Of a DNA stretch of 26,864 bases, positions 26,810 to 26,864 are shown piece after piece. Made by a program: the position numbers and the translations under genes. The notes beneath the pieces are model-generated. The model saw only the letters and a program-made list of their open reading frames with translations. It had not been told where the DNA came from and ran no database searches. The first letter of the stretch is position 1; every line of letters begins with the position of its first letter. Location: contig JAIRSX010000032.1 in assembly GCA_031255235.1 (NCBI GenBank), forward strand, positions 1 to 26,864, in the 5' to 3' direction. This DNA comes from Rickettsiales bacterium (lineage in GTDB: Bacteria; Pseudomonadota; Alphaproteobacteria; Rickettsiales; UBA1997).

Positions 26810-26864
26810 CAAATTATTTTTGCCAAAAGTTTTTTTTTATTTTTTAAAGGCCAAAAAAAACGCC

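Overview
AT-rich bacterial window with alphaproteobacterial, Rickettsiales-like housekeeping genes in scrambled order: ftsI, lepB, tRNA-Thr, rlmE, lpxA, fabD, xerC, a DsbA-like gene, htpG, a DHH nuclease, ctpA, argF, argH, groEL and nusB. The taxonomy is my inference from GroEL, ArgH and XerC motifs, not a search result. The window may be a whole contig: it starts inside a gene and ends in a G19 run followed by junk-like sequence. The ORF track misses several features: (1) a Thr/Ser/Pro-rich, mucin-like membrane protein running off the left edge with its own near-consensus sigma70 promoter; (2) an IS1595-family (IS1016-like) transposase remnant whose motifs occur twice as synonymously diverged tandem copies and which carries many 2-bp duplications; (3) a macB-type permease C-terminus upstream of and opposite to tolC-macA, with a possible macB N-terminus and an IS607 tnpA remnant after macA, suggesting an inversion plus deletion; (4) an outer-membrane beta-barrel gene frameshifted at a (TC)8 microsatellite, a candidate phase-variable locus currently OFF. 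Also unusual are a stand-alone, shortened NuoF/HydB-like flavoprotein with a rearranged CxxC...CxxC cysteine set, a groEL without adjacent groES, a NusB with a ~90-100 aa insertion, and a divergent kinase/cytidylyltransferase pair. No CRISPR array or rRNA is present. I cannot show that any of these is a new system; the best leads are the SSR-switched OMP, the stand-alone NuoF-like protein, the mucin-like protein and the mosaic IS remnant.
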